Positions 63,632 to 64,000 of a stretch of DNA of 64,000 bases are shown here, in pieces. A program made the position numbers and the translations under genes. Below the pieces are notes generated by a model. The model saw only the letters and a list, made by a program, of their open reading frames with translations. It made no database searches and was not told where the DNA came from. Numbering within the stretch: the stretch's first letter is position 1; each line of letters starts with the position of its first letter. The DNA comes from Schmidtea polychroa (taxonomy: Eukaryota): contig CM097885.1 in NCBI GenBank assembly GCA_044892525.1, positions 107,880,001 to 107,944,000 of the forward strand, written 5' to 3'.

Positions 63632-64000
63632 ATTTTTATATTATTTTACCTAGCAATAGCTGTCCACTTATTCATCCAGATAATAAAGCCAGCAAATTCA
63701 GGGTCAATCTTCAAAATCCGATATATTTGGATAATAGCTGGGAAGTTGCTCTGTTGGATTTTACATTTGTATACCAAGCCTTTCCATTTTATAGTAAGGC
63801 TAAAATTGGATACAAAAAGAATGAGTGGCCGGATAGATTATTGTCTATGATCATTGATAATGCAGATGATGAAGTTCGGTTGTCTAACTCAACTGATCCA
63901 GCTGTGAAAATGTATATTAACCATTCATATATAGTAGTTGAATGTAAACATTATCCTTTTACTGTAAAATTTGATAGTTTGGAAATGGCAAAACGATTGG
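63628..64000 (+). CDS. Polinton minor capsid protein (penton), N-terminal part; runs off the window
   Basis: ATGA overlap with the integrase stop; MNFYIILPSNS...HPDN..SKFRVNL..PIYL..SWEVAL is the typical Polinton penton N-terminus; frame open to the window end. Confidence 0.85.
   Translation, partial: MNFYIILPSNSCPLIHPDNKASKFRVNLQNPIYLDNSWEVALLDFTFVYQAFPFYSKAKIGYKKNEWPDRLLSMIIDNADDEVRLSNSTDPAVKMYINHSYIVVECKHYPFTVKFDSLEMAKRL

Larger units (their letters stand above)
56676..64000 (+). mobile_element. Polinton/Maverick (adintovirus-like) element, left portion; continues beyond the window
   Basis: Terminus AGTAG at the breakpoint in the gypsy relic, with candidate 6-bp TSD GACGTC (56670-56675); repetitive terminal region; adjacent packaging ATPase, retroviral-type integrase with chromodomain, and penton genes. 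Confidence 0.92.

Overview
Very AT-rich, gapped eukaryotic DNA with (ATT)n microsatellites and 40-50 nt introns. A planarian-type flatworm is plausible, but that is inference only. One clear host gene is present: intronless NTAN1 at 26.3-27.4 kb. The first 29 kb is mostly decayed transposon debris (hAT, piggyBac and pogo/Tigger elements, Penelope and Ty3/gypsy fragments). From about 29 to 55 kb there is an array of diverged ~5 kb modular units. These share a non-coding scaffold and carry GC-rich paralogous cargo genes, an orphan 553-aa zinc-finger gene lies among them, and a triplicated structured RNA shows compensatory base changes. From 56,676 to the window end is the left part of a Polinton/Maverick element inserted into a gypsy integrase relic. 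It has the core packaging ATPase, core-protein-like, integrase and penton genes. Its accessory block is unusual: a spliced Bcl-2 homologue (BH2 and the tail anchor appear only after removing a 44-nt intron), a compact TBP-like protein, a secreted/GPI-type coiled-coil protein and an overprinted myristoylation-signal ORF. It also has a terminal array of about 25 AP-1 and 25 NR5A/ERR-type motifs, and a pure (ATT)n intron inside the integrase catalytic core. All assignments come from manual motif recognition; no database searches were run.
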